Source: a bacterium
Lineage (GTDB): Bacteria > Vulcanimicrobiota > Vulcanimicrobiia > Vulcanimicrobiales > Vulcanimicrobiaceae
DNA length: 59,257 bases
Direction of reading: 5' to 3'
NCBI GenBank assembly: GCA_021845615.1
Contig: JAJZVP010000001.1
Coordinates: 1-59,257, forward strand
Numbering within the stretch: the first letter of the stretch is position 1; the number at the start of each line of letters is the position of its first letter. The position numbers were made by a program, and so were the translations under genes. The notes below the pieces were generated by a model. It worked only from the letters and a program-made list of their open reading frames with translations, was not told the DNA's origin and searched no databases. Shown piece by piece: positions 9,660-19,344 of the stretch.

Positions 9660-12014
9660 TTATGTCGTTTTCATGGCGATGGGAGCCCGCAGGCGCAGCG
9701 GACCGGCCGTCCCGTCGAGCGCTTGCAGCACGCGCTCGGGGGTGATCGGTGTGGCGTAGATACGCCGCCCAATAGCATCGGCAACGGCATTGGCGATTGC
9801 GGGAATGACGGGATTCAGTGGGCCCTCGCCGGCCTCTTTCGCGCCGTACGGGCCTTCAAGTTCTTTGGTTTCGATAACGATTGCGTCAATGCGCGGCGTA
9901 TCGAGAATCGTCGGCGTCTTGTAATCGAGTAAATTGGGAATGCGGTGGAGATCGTTGCGAAAAGCCGACTCCTCCATTAGCGCTTCGCCCATCCCCATGT
10001 AGGCGCTGCCCTCGATCTGGCCCTCGACGATCCGAGGATTGAGCGCGCGCCCGCAATCGTGCGCTAAGACGATGCGTTCGACGCGAACTTCACCGGTCTC
10101 AAAATCGACCTCTACTTCGGCAACGCACGCGCTGTACGAATACGCCGGCGACGGCCCGACCCCCGAGCCTTTGAAATCGCCGTGAAGATCGGCGGGCGGC
10201 GTATAGGAACCGACGCCCGCGAGCGTTCCGAAGCGCGCCTCGGTAGCGCGCGCCGCGTCGACGAACGAAAGCGCGCGATCGGGATTTTTGCGATCGAAGA
10301 CGCGACCGTTCTCAAATGCGCAGCGTTCCGGTGCGATGCCGAGCTCCGCTCCGGCAGCGGCCGCGATGCGTTCGCGCACGTCGAGCGCCGCGCTTCGCGC
10401 CGCGTTCCCGGCCATGAACGTGACGCGGCTGGAATACGAACCGAGATCGACCGGCGTCAGGTCGGTATCGCCGGCGCAAACGCTGACGTCGAGTATGTCG
10501 ATGCCGAGCGTCTCGGCAACGATGACCGCGAGCATATTTTGCGAACCTTGTCCGCAATCGCTCGTGCCGCAGAATACGGTGACGCCGCCGCCGCGGTCGA
10601 CCTTTACGATCGCGCCGGAATGCGGCATCGGGTTCCAGTAGATCGGCAGCCCGGCGCCGCAGAGATAGGCGCTCGCGGCGAGCCCGATGCCGCGACCGGG
10701 AGCGAGCTTTCCGTGCTTCTCGCTGTAGTCGGTGCGTTCGGCGACGGCGCTCAATGCTTCGCGCATCCCGCAACTCGTTACGCGGAGGTGATTGATCGTC
10801 CGCGAATAGGGGTCGATGGCGATGGCGGCACGATAGGCTCCCGCGTCGAGGCCGAGTGCGTTTGCAATTTCATCGAGTTGCGATTCGAATGCATAGCGCG
10901 GTTGCGTCGTTCCGTGGCCCCGTTTGGGGCCGCAGGGGGGCTTGTTCGTATAGACGCGACAGCCGTCGAAGGCGTACGCTCCCATTTTATAGGTAACGGG
11001 AAGCAACGCTCCGGTGTAGTAGGTCGTCGCAACTCCATACGAGCCGTACCCTCCGCCGTCGAGCCAGGTCTGCAAACGGCATGCGGCGATGCTGCCGTCG
11101 CTTCGAATACCGGTCTGCAGATGGATGCGTACCGGGTGGCGGCCGCGATGGGTGTAAAAAACTTCCTCGCGCGACAACGTGAATTTTACCGGACGCCCGG
11201 TCTTGCGCGAAAAATGAGCGGCCGCGAGTTCGTGTGCGACCGGCTCGGTTTTTCCGCCGAAACCTCCGCCGACCGGAGGTGCGATGATACGGATGCGGCT
11301 CGCCGGTAGATCGAGCACCGAGGCGGCGACGCGGTGCAAGTAATGCGGCGTCTGCGTCGACGACCAGAGCGTGAGCTTTCCGTCGGCGCCAAAACTCGCG
11401 ATCGCCGAATGCTCCTCCAACGCCGCGTGCGTATTCCCTTCGAAGAAGTACTCGTCATCGAAAATGCGTTCGGCAGCGGCGAAGCCGGCATCGAGATCGC
11501 CGAACGTCAGGTGCACTTCTTTATGAACGTTGTTGGCCTTACGCGACTCGGGATGAATTTTCTCTCCGCTACCGTCGACCTCGAGTAGCGCCTCGTCGAT
11601 CGACATTACCGACGGCAGAGTTTCGTAGCGGACCTCGATGAGCGCGGCGGCCTGCTGCGCGGCGAGTTCGTCCTCGGCGACGATTCCCGCTACCGGTTCG
11701 CCGACGTAACGCACCTTGTCGATGGCGAAGACCGTTTCGTCTTGCGCCGACGGCAAAATGCCGTAGCGCGCCGGGAGATCGCCGCCGACGGCCACCGCGA
11801 CGACACCGGGATGACGGAGCGCGCGCTCGTAATCGATCGAGAGAATGCGCGCGTGCGCGTGCGGGCTGCGCAACAATTTTCCGAAGAGCATGCGCGGCAA
11901 AGCAATATCGTCGGCGAAAATTGCAGCGCCGGTCACCTTGGCGTAGCCGTCGATGCGCGGCAGCGATGCCCCGACGACGTGCGCTTGGGAGGGTGCAGCG
12001 CCGTTCTTACCCAT
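9660..12014 (-). CDS. molybdopterin-binding large subunit of xanthine dehydrogenase/CO dehydrogenase family enzyme
   Basis: Start at MGKNGAAPS (ATG 12014, 8-nt overlap with the small-subunit stop). RIDGYAKVTGAAIFADD N-terminus and ~784 aa are typical of aldehyde oxidase/xanthine dehydrogenase a/b hammerhead plus MoCo-binding domains. Confidence 0.85.
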   Translation of the reverse strand: MGKNGAAPSQAHVVGASLPRIDGYAKVTGAAIFADDIALPRMLFGKLLRSPHAHARILSIDYERALRHPGVVAVAVGGDLPARYGILPSAQDETVFAIDKVRYVGEPVAGIVAEDELAAQQAAALIEVRYETLPSVMSIDEALLEVDGSGEKIHPESRKANNVHKEVHLTFGDLDAGFAAAERIFDDEYFFEGNTHAALEEHSAIASFGADGKLTLWSSTQTPHYLHRVAASVLDLPASRIRIIAPPVGGGFGGKTEPVAHELAAAHFSRKTGRPVKFTLSREEVFYTHRGRHPVRIHLQTGIRSDGSIAACRLQTWLDGGGYGSYGVATTYYTGALLPVTYKMGAYAFDGCRVYTNKPPCGPKRGHGTTQPRYAFESQLDEIANALGLDAGAYRAAIAIDPYSRTINHLRVTSCGMREALSAVAERTDYSEKHGKLAPGRGIGLAASAYLCGAGLPIYWNPMPHSGAIVKVDRGGGVTVFCGTSDCGQGSQNMLAVIVAETLGIDILDVSVCAGDTDLTPVDLGSYSSRVTFMAGNAARSAALDVRERIAAAAGAELGIAPERCAFENGRVFDRKNPDRALSFVDAARATEARFGTLAGVGSYTPPADLHGDFKGSGVGPSPAYSYSACVAEVEVDFETGEVRVERIVLAHDCGRALNPRIVEGQIEGSAYMGMGEALMEESAFRNDLHRIPNLLDYKTPTILDTPRIDAIVIETKELEGPYGAKEAGEGPLNPVIPAIANAVADAIGRRIYATPITPERVLQALDGTAGPLRLRAPIAMKTT

Positions 12015-12504
12015 TGGCGGCAGCCCGCATGCGCCGCCCTGCGAGCGCGACGGCTTCGACGATCTTCGTGTATCCGGTGCAGCGGCAGAGATGTCCGGCG
12101 AGCGATTCGCGAATCTCGGCTTCGCTCGGCTCCGGATTCTGCTCGAGCAAATGAGCGGCGGCATTCAAAAAACCGGGAGTGCAGTACCCGCATTGCGCGG
12201 CGCCGAGGTCCAAGAACGCGCGTTGAACCGGATGCAACGTACCGGCGCTCGCAAGGCCCTCGACCGTCTCGATGGGGCGGTCGATCGCATCGGCTGCAAG
12301 CGTCAGGCACGAAAGGACGGGAGTTCCATCGACGATGACGGTGCAGGCGCCGCATTGGCCGAGTTCGCAACCATGTTTGGTACCGGTCAAGCGTAGCTCT
12401 TCGCGCAAGACCTCAAGCAACGTCGCGTTGGGAGAGAACGCCAACGTCACGTCGCGCCCATTGACGCGTAGCGTTGCCAACAATTTCGATCGAGAAGTCG
12501 ACAC
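12007..12504 (-). CDS. [2Fe-2S]-binding small subunit (CoxS/XdhC-small like)
   Basis: CELGQCGACTV and CGYCTPG cluster motifs; 165 aa. Confidence 0.9.
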   Translation of the reverse strand: MSTSRSKLLATLRVNGRDVTLAFSPNATLLEVLREELRLTGTKHGCELGQCGACTVIVDGTPVLSCLTLAADAIDRPIETVEGLASAGTLHPVQRAFLDLGAAQCGYCTPGFLNAAAHLLEQNPEPSEAEIRESLAGHLCRCTGYTKIVEAVALAGRRMRAAANG

Positions 12505-12665
12505 GGGCGCCCCTCACCGCACGCGCGATCTGCGCGGCGCAAAAATACGCGTTGGAAAATATAATGAAGGGTTGCTACCGGCACCGAGTAACTCCTTTCC
12601 ACGCAGAATGCGAAAAATATTAGCCGCACCTTATAACAAAATGTCGACGAGCATAAAACAAATCC

Positions 12666-13727
12666 ATGCTTGATATTCTTTCTCGTATCGTGAACCTGCA
12701 ATCGGAGGCGCATGCGGTAGCGGTTGCGACGCTCGTCGACGTTCGCGGCTCATCGGCGCGCGAGCCCGGTGCAACGTTCGCCATCAGCGATAACGGCGAG
12801 CTCCTCGGTGCAATCGGCGGCGGATGCGTGGAGGCGGCGCTGGTCGACGAAGCGCGCGAAGTCATGCACGACCGAAAAACGCGAAGCGTTTCCTACGGGC
12901 TCTCCGAGCGCGAGGCGGGAGATGTGGGGCTCGCATGTGGAGGCGCGTTAACGATTTTTCTCGATCTCCCCGGCCCGAACTACTGCGCGGAGGTAGCACG
13001 GACGTGCGACGAGCTTATCGCCCACGCCATACGGCTCGATGGTGAAGAGAGCGGTGCACGAATGGCGATCTATTCGGATCGCCGGTTTGGAACTTTAGGG
13101 GGCGCCGGGCTCGATAGCGCGGTAGCGCGATACGCCTACGATCGTCCGCTGGGTGAAGCGGAGCGGGTCGATATCGAAGGCGCGACCGTATTTATCGCTC
13201 CGAAACGCATCGCACCGCACTTGTATGTGTTCGGTGCGCTCGATTTTGCCGCAGCGACGATCGAGATCGCGCACACGCTTGGTTACGTGGTGACGCTCTG
13301 CGACGCTCGTTCGGCCTTTGCAACGAAGGAACGCTTTCCGAAAGCAGATCGCATCGTCGTCGCGTGGCCGCACGAGTTTCTCGCCGCCGCGCCGGTCGAC
13401 GAACGAACGGCGATCGTATCGTTCGCACATGACGAAAAATTCGAGGTGCCGCTGCTTCTTGCGGCGGTTCGCTCGCGTGCCGGTTACATCGGAGCGCTCG
13501 GAAGTCGCGCGACGCACGCCCGTCGTGTCGAGGCGCTCCGCCAAGCGGGAATGACCGAGGTGGAGCTCGCGCGGATTTGCGCGCCGATCGGGCTCGATAT
13601 CGGGGCGCGAACGCCCGAAGAGACGGCGCTCGCGGTGCTCGCCGAAATCGTCGCGGTGCAACGCGGACGCTCGGGAGGGAGCCTTTCGTGCGGCACCGGC
13701 GCGATTCGCGGAGGCGTCGGCGGGTGA
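12666..13727 (+). CDS. XdhC/CoxI family molybdenum-cofactor insertion chaperone
   Basis: N-terminal XdhC_CoxI pattern (VATLVDVRGSSAREPGA) and a C-terminal Rossmann-like half. Divergent from the hydroxylase genes. Confidence 0.8.
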   Translation: MLDILSRIVNLQSEAHAVAVATLVDVRGSSAREPGATFAISDNGELLGAIGGGCVEAALVDEAREVMHDRKTRSVSYGLSEREAGDVGLACGGALTIFLDLPGPNYCAEVARTCDELIAHAIRLDGEESGARMAIYSDRRFGTLGGAGLDSAVARYAYDRPLGEAERVDIEGATVFIAPKRIAPHLYVFGALDFAAATIEIAHTLGYVVTLCDARSAFATKERFPKADRIVVAWPHEFLAAAPVDERTAIVSFAHDEKFEVPLLLAAVRSRAGYIGALGSRATHARRVEALRQAGMTEVELARICAPIGLDIGARTPEETALAVLAEIVAVQRGRSGGSLSCGTGAIRGGVGG

Positions 13728-14284
13728 AAGCGATTGCCGTCGTCCTCGCCGCGGGTGAGGCGCGGCGCATGGGCGAGCAAAAGCTGTTGCTCGAGATCGG
13801 CGGCGTTCCGATGCTCGCGCGCGTGCTGGCGGCCTGCGCGCATCTTCCGACGCTGGTGGTCGGAGCACCGAGCCTGCGCTCGTTCGTGGAACGCAGCGGC
13901 GTTCGCTATATCGCGAACGACGAGCCGGAACTCGGAATGGCGCACTCGCTCGCTCTCGGCAACGCCGAGGCCGAGCCCGGATTCCCGCTCGTGGTACTCC
14001 TCGGCGATAAGCCGCTTGTGACGCGCGAGCTCATCGACCGGGTCCTCGCAGGCGCCGGTACAAGCGATATTTGTTTTCCTCAGCGCGAAGGCATCGGCGG
14101 CCACCCGGTCTATATCTCGCCCCGCGCACGCGAACGAATTGCAAGCCTTCCGTGCGGTGACTCGATTCAACGATTACGCGACGACCCCACGTTGACGCGC
14201 CGAACGCTCGCGATCGACGACATCGGTGCCTATGCCGATGTTGACGATCCTGAGGCGTTCGAGCACCTGAAACGGCACGCATAG
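13724..14284 (+). CDS. MobA/MocA-like molybdenum cofactor nucleotidyltransferase
   Basis: GTG start overlapping the xdhC stop (GTGA). AVVLAAGEARRMGEQKLLL is the NTP_transf_3 signature. Confidence 0.75.
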   Translation: MKAIAVVLAAGEARRMGEQKLLLEIGGVPMLARVLAACAHLPTLVVGAPSLRSFVERSGVRYIANDEPELGMAHSLALGNAEAEPGFPLVVLLGDKPLVTRELIDRVLAGAGTSDICFPQREGIGGHPVYISPRARERIASLPCGDSIQRLRDDPTLTRRTLAIDDIGAYADVDDPEAFEHLKRHA

Positions 14285-14460
14285 AGCGAGCTCCGGTAAG
14301 GTGCGGTGCCTCATCGCGTCCCACCACGTATTCGCAATGCATCCTGTGAGGCTCGTCCAATTCTCGGAAAAACCGGGAGGCTCCGTCGGTGCCGCGGCGC
14401 GAACCCCAACGGCGTTGCCGAACATTCGCGCGTGATGTCAGCAAATGCACTTGCCAGATC

Positions 14461-14832
14461 TTATTGGACCATTTGTACGAATTTCCGGCTCACAGCCTTT
14501 CCATCGCTCTTTGCCGTCACCGTAAATGCCCAGCGCGTCGTGAAGGCGATCTTCAATAGGGCGACATAGCGGCCGTTTCCCTTCGGCGAGGCGAGTGCAG
14601 TTGGCCCGGCCATGGACATCTCCGGCATGCTCGTTGCGACGCTTACGTGCGCGCCGTTCACCGGTTCGTGGGCGCCGTCCGTCAGCCTCACCGTCACGGT
14701 TTCGGTCCCCGGCTGTGGCGGATTCGGAGAAAAACTCACGGACATTTTCAGTGGCTGCGCGGCGAGAGTCGAGATTTGGGCGACGGCCAGAATGGCTACC
14801 GCGATCGCGGCTACTAAACCAAGGCGTTTCAT
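14461..14832 (-). CDS. exported YtkA/FixH-like domain protein with Met-rich motif
   Basis: Signal peptide, SPNPPQPGTETVTV and SMPEMSMAGP. Paralogous to the N-terminal domain of the adaptor at 19341..21173. Confidence 0.6.
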   Translation of the reverse strand: MKRLGLVAAIAVAILAVAQISTLAAQPLKMSVSFSPNPPQPGTETVTVRLTDGAHEPVNGAHVSVATSMPEMSMAGPTALASPKGNGRYVALLKIAFTTRWAFTVTAKSDGKAVSRKFVQMVQ

Positions 14833-14864
14833 GGGTGTATTTCCTTATCGAGCGCGAGGGATCG

Positions 14865-16142
14865 TCATGATGCCGGCGCGTAGTCGCCGACGGCGCGGTG
14901 CAGTGCAGCTGCCGAATCCGCGTATCGTGCCCGGGCGCGAACGACGTCTTCGCGGGCGGACGCAACGGCTGCGAGCGCGTCGAGAATATCCAATTCGATT
15001 CCTTTACCGGCCCGTTCACGGACCCTCGCAATGTGCAATGTGACGTTTGCGTTTGCTAATTCGGTTCTGGCCGTAGCGACGTTGCGCTGTGCGGCCTGCA
15101 GTTCTCGCACGGCGTCGAGCACGTCGGCCTCTGCTTGTAGGCGCGTACGATCGAGTTCTATCTTCGCGCGTTCGTAGTTCGCTCGTGCCACGTGAACGTC
15201 GGCAGATCGGGAGCCGGCATCGAAGAGCGGCAGCGATGCGGAAACACCGACTTGCGCTCCGCTTCTACCTAAGGCGGGATCGGAGGACCCGTTGTAGGTC
15301 TGCGCGGTCGCAAAAATTTCCGGAAGGTACGCAGCGCGAGCTCGCGTGATGCCCCGTCGCGCAGCAAGCAAAGCCCGCTCCGCCGCCAGGACATCGGGAC
15401 GTTGTGTAAATGCACGCTGTTCCAGTGCCGCAACGTTGGGGGTAAGGCCAAGCGACGGCGTTTCCAGCGAGAAACTGAGCTTCGATGTTAGGCTGATGTC
15501 GAGCAGCACCTCGAGTGCATGGCGGGCCCGAACGGCATCGACTTTTGCGTCCTCCTCCGATTGCTCTGCGTGCGCAAGCGCGGCCCGGTCGCGAGCGATG
15601 AGGTATCTGGGTGCCGCGCCCGCGCGTACGCGTTCCTTCGTAAAGGCAAGGTGCGATTGTTGATCGCGCACGTCGATGCCCCGTTGCTCGACGACGGCCA
15701 GCGCATACCCCGCTGCATCGTACTGTTGCACGGCGACCATCACCGCCTGGTCGATCTCCATTGCGGCGGTTGCGCGTGCGGCAGAGGCGGTCTCGCCCGC
15801 GGCTCGGGCAGCGGCCCACGCTTGCGGCACGAAAAGCGGAACCCTAACATTCAGCGACGCGTACGTCTGTCGTGCGCTCGGCATTCCAAGTTGAACCAGC
15901 GTTGAATTCATGGTGGTTTCGCTAATCGACACGCTCGGCAAAACCCGGGAGAGCGCAGACTGCGCTCGCGCAGCAGCGGATTGCATGTTCAACCGCGCGA
16001 ACTCGGCATCGAAAGATTGCTGCGCGCGCGCGATAACCTGCGCTTGCGTGAGCGGGCCGTTCCACCGCATCGGCTGCGCGGAAACCGAGATGGTTGTCGC
16101 AATAGAAGCGGCGAGGACGATTGCTACGGTCGCCCTACGCAT
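14865..16142 (-). CDS. TolC-family outer membrane efflux protein
   Basis: Start at MRRATVAIVLAASIA (ATG 16142, 8-nt overlap with the RND stop). Two-repeat OEP-like coiled-coil sequence. Confidence 0.8.
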   Translation of the reverse strand: MRRATVAIVLAASIATTISVSAQPMRWNGPLTQAQVIARAQQSFDAEFARLNMQSAAARAQSALSRVLPSVSISETTMNSTLVQLGMPSARQTYASLNVRVPLFVPQAWAAARAAGETASAARATAAMEIDQAVMVAVQQYDAAGYALAVVEQRGIDVRDQQSHLAFTKERVRAGAAPRYLIARDRAALAHAEQSEEDAKVDAVRARHALEVLLDISLTSKLSFSLETPSLGLTPNVAALEQRAFTQRPDVLAAERALLAARRGITRARAAYLPEIFATAQTYNGSSDPALGRSGAQVGVSASLPLFDAGSRSADVHVARANYERAKIELDRTRLQAEADVLDAVRELQAAQRNVATARTELANANVTLHIARVRERAGKGIELDILDALAAVASAREDVVRARARYADSAAALHRAVGDYAPAS

Positions 16143-19100
16143 CTGCAGGCTCCGCCGGTTTGCTGGGCGCGCGCCGCAACACGTACTGTCGCCACCAGTG
16201 CGGTACGTCGTCGAACACATCATGCAGTACCGGCACGACGAAAAGCGTGAGCAACGTCGAGATCGAGAGTCCGCCGATGATCACGGTTGCGAGAGGCGAA
16301 TACGCATCGATGCCGGTTTTCGGGAAAAATGCGACCGGCACGAGTACGATGAGGCTGACGATCGTCGTCATGAGAATCGGCTGCAGACGAACCGGTCCCG
16401 CGTACAAAATCGCCTCGCGCCGCGAGAGACCTTCTTTGCGTTTGCGGAGAATCAGATCGAGAAGCAAGATCGCATTGCTCACGGCCATGCCGTTCGCGAC
16501 CACGATGCCTAAGATCGAAACAGTCGAGAAGCTCTGGTGCGCCAGCAGCAATGCGGTAAACATGCCGAGCATCTGCAGCGGAATCGCGATGAGCATCACC
16601 AGCGGTTGCGCCACAGAACGGAACTGCGCCACCAGCAAGAGGACGACGAACAGGATGGCGACTTCCATCGCTGCCAACAGCCTGGCGAAGCTCTGCGTCA
16701 TCTCGGTCATGTCGCCGAGCATCTTCATGCCGTAGCCTTGCGGGAAGGGCACGGCCGCCATGCCGCGCTTGAGGATGTTCATGTCCAGGGCCATCTCGCC
16801 GGGGCCGCCACGGTGGTAAAACCCAAGGAGCGACACACTGTTGCGCAAGGCATCCTGCTCGATCATCGATGGGCCGACGCTGCGTTCGATATGCGCGACT
16901 GCGCTCAACGGCACGACTTGGCCGCTCGAACCGACAATCTGCACCTCGGCGATGTCGCCTGTGCGGTTACGCCGATCGTGCGCGTAGCGCACGAGAATTT
17001 TGTCGTGGCGCACGTTCGCCGGATTGAAGTACTCCGTCGTCAGGCCGCCGTGCAACGCGTAGTACGCCTGTTGCTGTATCTGCGCAGGGCTGAGTCCGAT
17101 TTCAGATGCGCGCGTGCGGTCGACGACAAGGTCTTCCTCAGGTTGCGTGTATGCCGAACTCGTCGACACTTCGTAAAGCCCGGGAATCTGCTTCGCCTGA
17201 TCCGCGACGATATTCGCGAGATGATAGAGTTCCTTCCGGTCGGGGCCGTAGATCAGCATTTCGATCGGCGCCTGGTTGCTTGCCATGACGTCGGAACCCA
17301 TCGCTTGGAGAGCGAGTCGCCGGATACCGGGGATCGTACGCATCGCTTGGGAGTACGTCGCATCCATGATCTGCCAAATTGAGCGCTTGCGCTTTTCCTT
17401 CGTCTTGAGCGTGATCGTGTAGGACGCGTCGTTAACGCCGTTCATCGGCTGACCCGTGAAGTAATTGCCGCCGTTGTCCTCGCCGACCGACGCTGAGACT
17501 TTTTCGATATCGCGATCTTTCAGGAGCAGCGCTTCGAAGCGCCGACTGGCCGCATTCGTCGCCGCAAATGACGTGCCGGGATCCATCTCCAAGAAGCCGT
17601 AGGCCTGGCCGGTGTCGGCCAGCGGCATCATCTCCTGACCGATGAACGGCAAGAGCGAGATGCCGATGTACGTCAGGAGCGCTGCGCCGGCGAGCACCAT
17701 GCCGCGATGATCCAAGCTCCACGCGAGAGCACGCCGATAAGCGGCATCAAGTTTGCCCACGCCGATTCGAGCGGGACGCAACAGTCGCGTGACTGCCCGG
17801 TCCAAACGCGTGCGCAGCGGCGAGCGAAGCTCTTTGGTCTGAAACAAGAACGCAGCGAGCAGCGGCGTGAGCGTCACCGATACAAGCAACGATGCCACAA
17901 GTGCGAAGACGATCGGCCACACCAGGCCGACGAACATGATCTGCGTGATGCCGCCGCTCATCAGTAGCGGCACGACCGCGAGCGCCATAACACCGGTCGC
18001 CGCGGCGATGGGGACGATGACCTCCATCGTGCCGTCGATGGCTGCTCGCACCGGTGAAGCGCCTTGGTCGAGCTTACGGTGCACGGAATGAATAACCACG
18101 ATGGAGTCGTCCACGAGCCGACCGATCGCGAGGAGCAGGCCGATAAGCGTGCTGCTGTTGATGGAGAAGTTCATCGGCACGAAGAGCAGCACCGCGAGCG
18201 CCAAACATGTTGGAATCGATGTCATAACGATCAGCGTTGCGCGGATGTCTTCAAGAAAAATTAAGAGTACGATACCGGCAAGGATGACGCTGACAAGCAG
18301 CTCCTCGAACATGTTGCGCGTAAGATCGTTGACGAATCGCGAATTGTCGTACGCGCGCGCAAAGTGCAGACCGGGATGGTTCGACTCGATTTGCCTAATG
18401 CGATGCATGACCGCGCCGATCACCCGCGGTGAACTCGCATCGGGATTTTCGACCACGGAGAGTTCGACCGCGCTCTTGCCGTTGTAGCGATAGGTGTTGC
18501 GCACTTCCGCCGGGCCATCGGTGACGGAGGCTACATCACGCACGAAGATCGTGCGCCCGTCCTTCGTCGTTATCGGATAGTCGAGCATGCTCTGGGCCGA
18601 CCTCGTCCGCTGATCGCCGCGCACGAGCGTCTCGTACGGCCCCCCGGTAATTGTGCCGCCGGAGCGGCTACTGTTTTGCGCGTCCAGGGCGTCGCGGAGA
18701 TCGAGGATTGAGATGCCGTCGGCGGCGAGCGCGTTGCGGTTGACGTTGACATCGATCTGCCGCTGCAGGCCGCCGAACGGGAAGGCCACCTGCACGCCCG
18801 GCACGCCCTTCAAATCATTCACCACGTTGTTCGCCACGAACTGACGGAGCGCGACCGGATCCCAGCCGTCGCCGGTGACGGCGAGCTGCAGCACCGGTGT
18901 GTTGAGCGGATCGACCGGAACGACGTAGCTTGGTTTGAGATTGGCGCGATCGTACGGTAGATCGCCCTCGGCTTGCTTTGCGAGTTGCTGCGTATCGACC
19001 AGCGCCCGCTGCATGTCGGCGCCGTAGTGAAACTGCAGCGTGACGATCGAGATGCCTTGCTGTGAATACGAACGGATGTACCGCACGCCTTGCAGATCGG

Positions 19101-19344
19101 TCATCCGCTCTTCGATCGGTTTGGTGAAATACGTCTCGACTTCTTGCGGCGAGTATCCCGGCGTCATCGTAATGACGGAGATGAGCGGGCTTTGCACGTA
19201 CGGCATCATGCGTGTGGGCAGAAGGAAGAGTGCCGCCGCGATGGCGCCGACGACGACGGCGAGGAACGCGGCGAAGATTCCGTACGGGTTGCGTAACGCC
19301 CACGCCGCGATGCTACGCTCGTATTCCGTGATTCGATCGATCAC
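16135..19344 (-). CDS. RND efflux transporter permease (AcrB/CzcA superfamily)
   Basis: 1069 aa with a 12-TM architecture. TM4 region GLLLAIGRLVDDSIVVIHSVH looks closer to the HAE-type VDDAIVV than to the HME DFG-DGA-VEN signature. Confidence 0.9.
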   Translation of the reverse strand: MIDRITEYERSIAAWALRNPYGIFAAFLAVVVGAIAAALFLLPTRMMPYVQSPLISVITMTPGYSPQEVETYFTKPIEERMTDLQGVRYIRSYSQQGISIVTLQFHYGADMQRALVDTQQLAKQAEGDLPYDRANLKPSYVVPVDPLNTPVLQLAVTGDGWDPVALRQFVANNVVNDLKGVPGVQVAFPFGGLQRQIDVNVNRNALAADGISILDLRDALDAQNSSRSGGTITGGPYETLVRGDQRTRSAQSMLDYPITTKDGRTIFVRDVASVTDGPAEVRNTYRYNGKSAVELSVVENPDASSPRVIGAVMHRIRQIESNHPGLHFARAYDNSRFVNDLTRNMFEELLVSVILAGIVLLIFLEDIRATLIVMTSIPTCLALAVLLFVPMNFSINSSTLIGLLLAIGRLVDDSIVVIHSVHRKLDQGASPVRAAIDGTMEVIVPIAAATGVMALAVVPLLMSGGITQIMFVGLVWPIVFALVASLLVSVTLTPLLAAFLFQTKELRSPLRTRLDRAVTRLLRPARIGVGKLDAAYRRALAWSLDHRGMVLAGAALLTYIGISLLPFIGQEMMPLADTGQAYGFLEMDPGTSFAATNAASRRFEALLLKDRDIEKVSASVGEDNGGNYFTGQPMNGVNDASYTITLKTKEKRKRSIWQIMDATYSQAMRTIPGIRRLALQAMGSDVMASNQAPIEMLIYGPDRKELYHLANIVADQAKQIPGLYEVSTSSAYTQPEEDLVVDRTRASEIGLSPAQIQQQAYYALHGGLTTEYFNPANVRHDKILVRYAHDRRNRTGDIAEVQIVGSSGQVVPLSAVAHIERSVGPSMIEQDALRNSVSLLGFYHRGGPGEMALDMNILKRGMAAVPFPQGYGMKMLGDMTEMTQSFARLLAAMEVAILFVVLLLVAQFRSVAQPLVMLIAIPLQMLGMFTALLLAHQSFSTVSILGIVVANGMAVSNAILLLDLILRKRKEGLSRREAILYAGPVRLQPILMTTIVSLIVLVPVAFFPKTGIDAYSPLATVIIGGLSISTLLTLFVVPVLHDVFDDVPHWWRQYVLRRAPSKPAEPADA

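Noticed and set aside
10182-11309. 375-aa plus-strand ORF
   Set aside because: It is antisense to the molybdopterin large-subunit gene and has no motifs.
12015-12164. 50-codon N-terminal extension of the Mo large subunit; similar extensions exist for kdd (8119-8256), merA (33289-33444), tolC (16143-16223) and lrp (8598-8633)
   Set aside because: The extensions overlap the preceding gene in another frame and are Arg/Pro/Ser-rich. Internal starts give canonical N-termini and short ATGA/TGATG-type overlaps.
12505-12665. Possible Moco riboswitch in the leader of the Mo-hydroxylase operon
   Set aside because: I could not recognise the conserved Moco-motif helices or loops by eye. Only A/T-richness and weak promoter-like boxes are visible, and it needs a covariance-model search.
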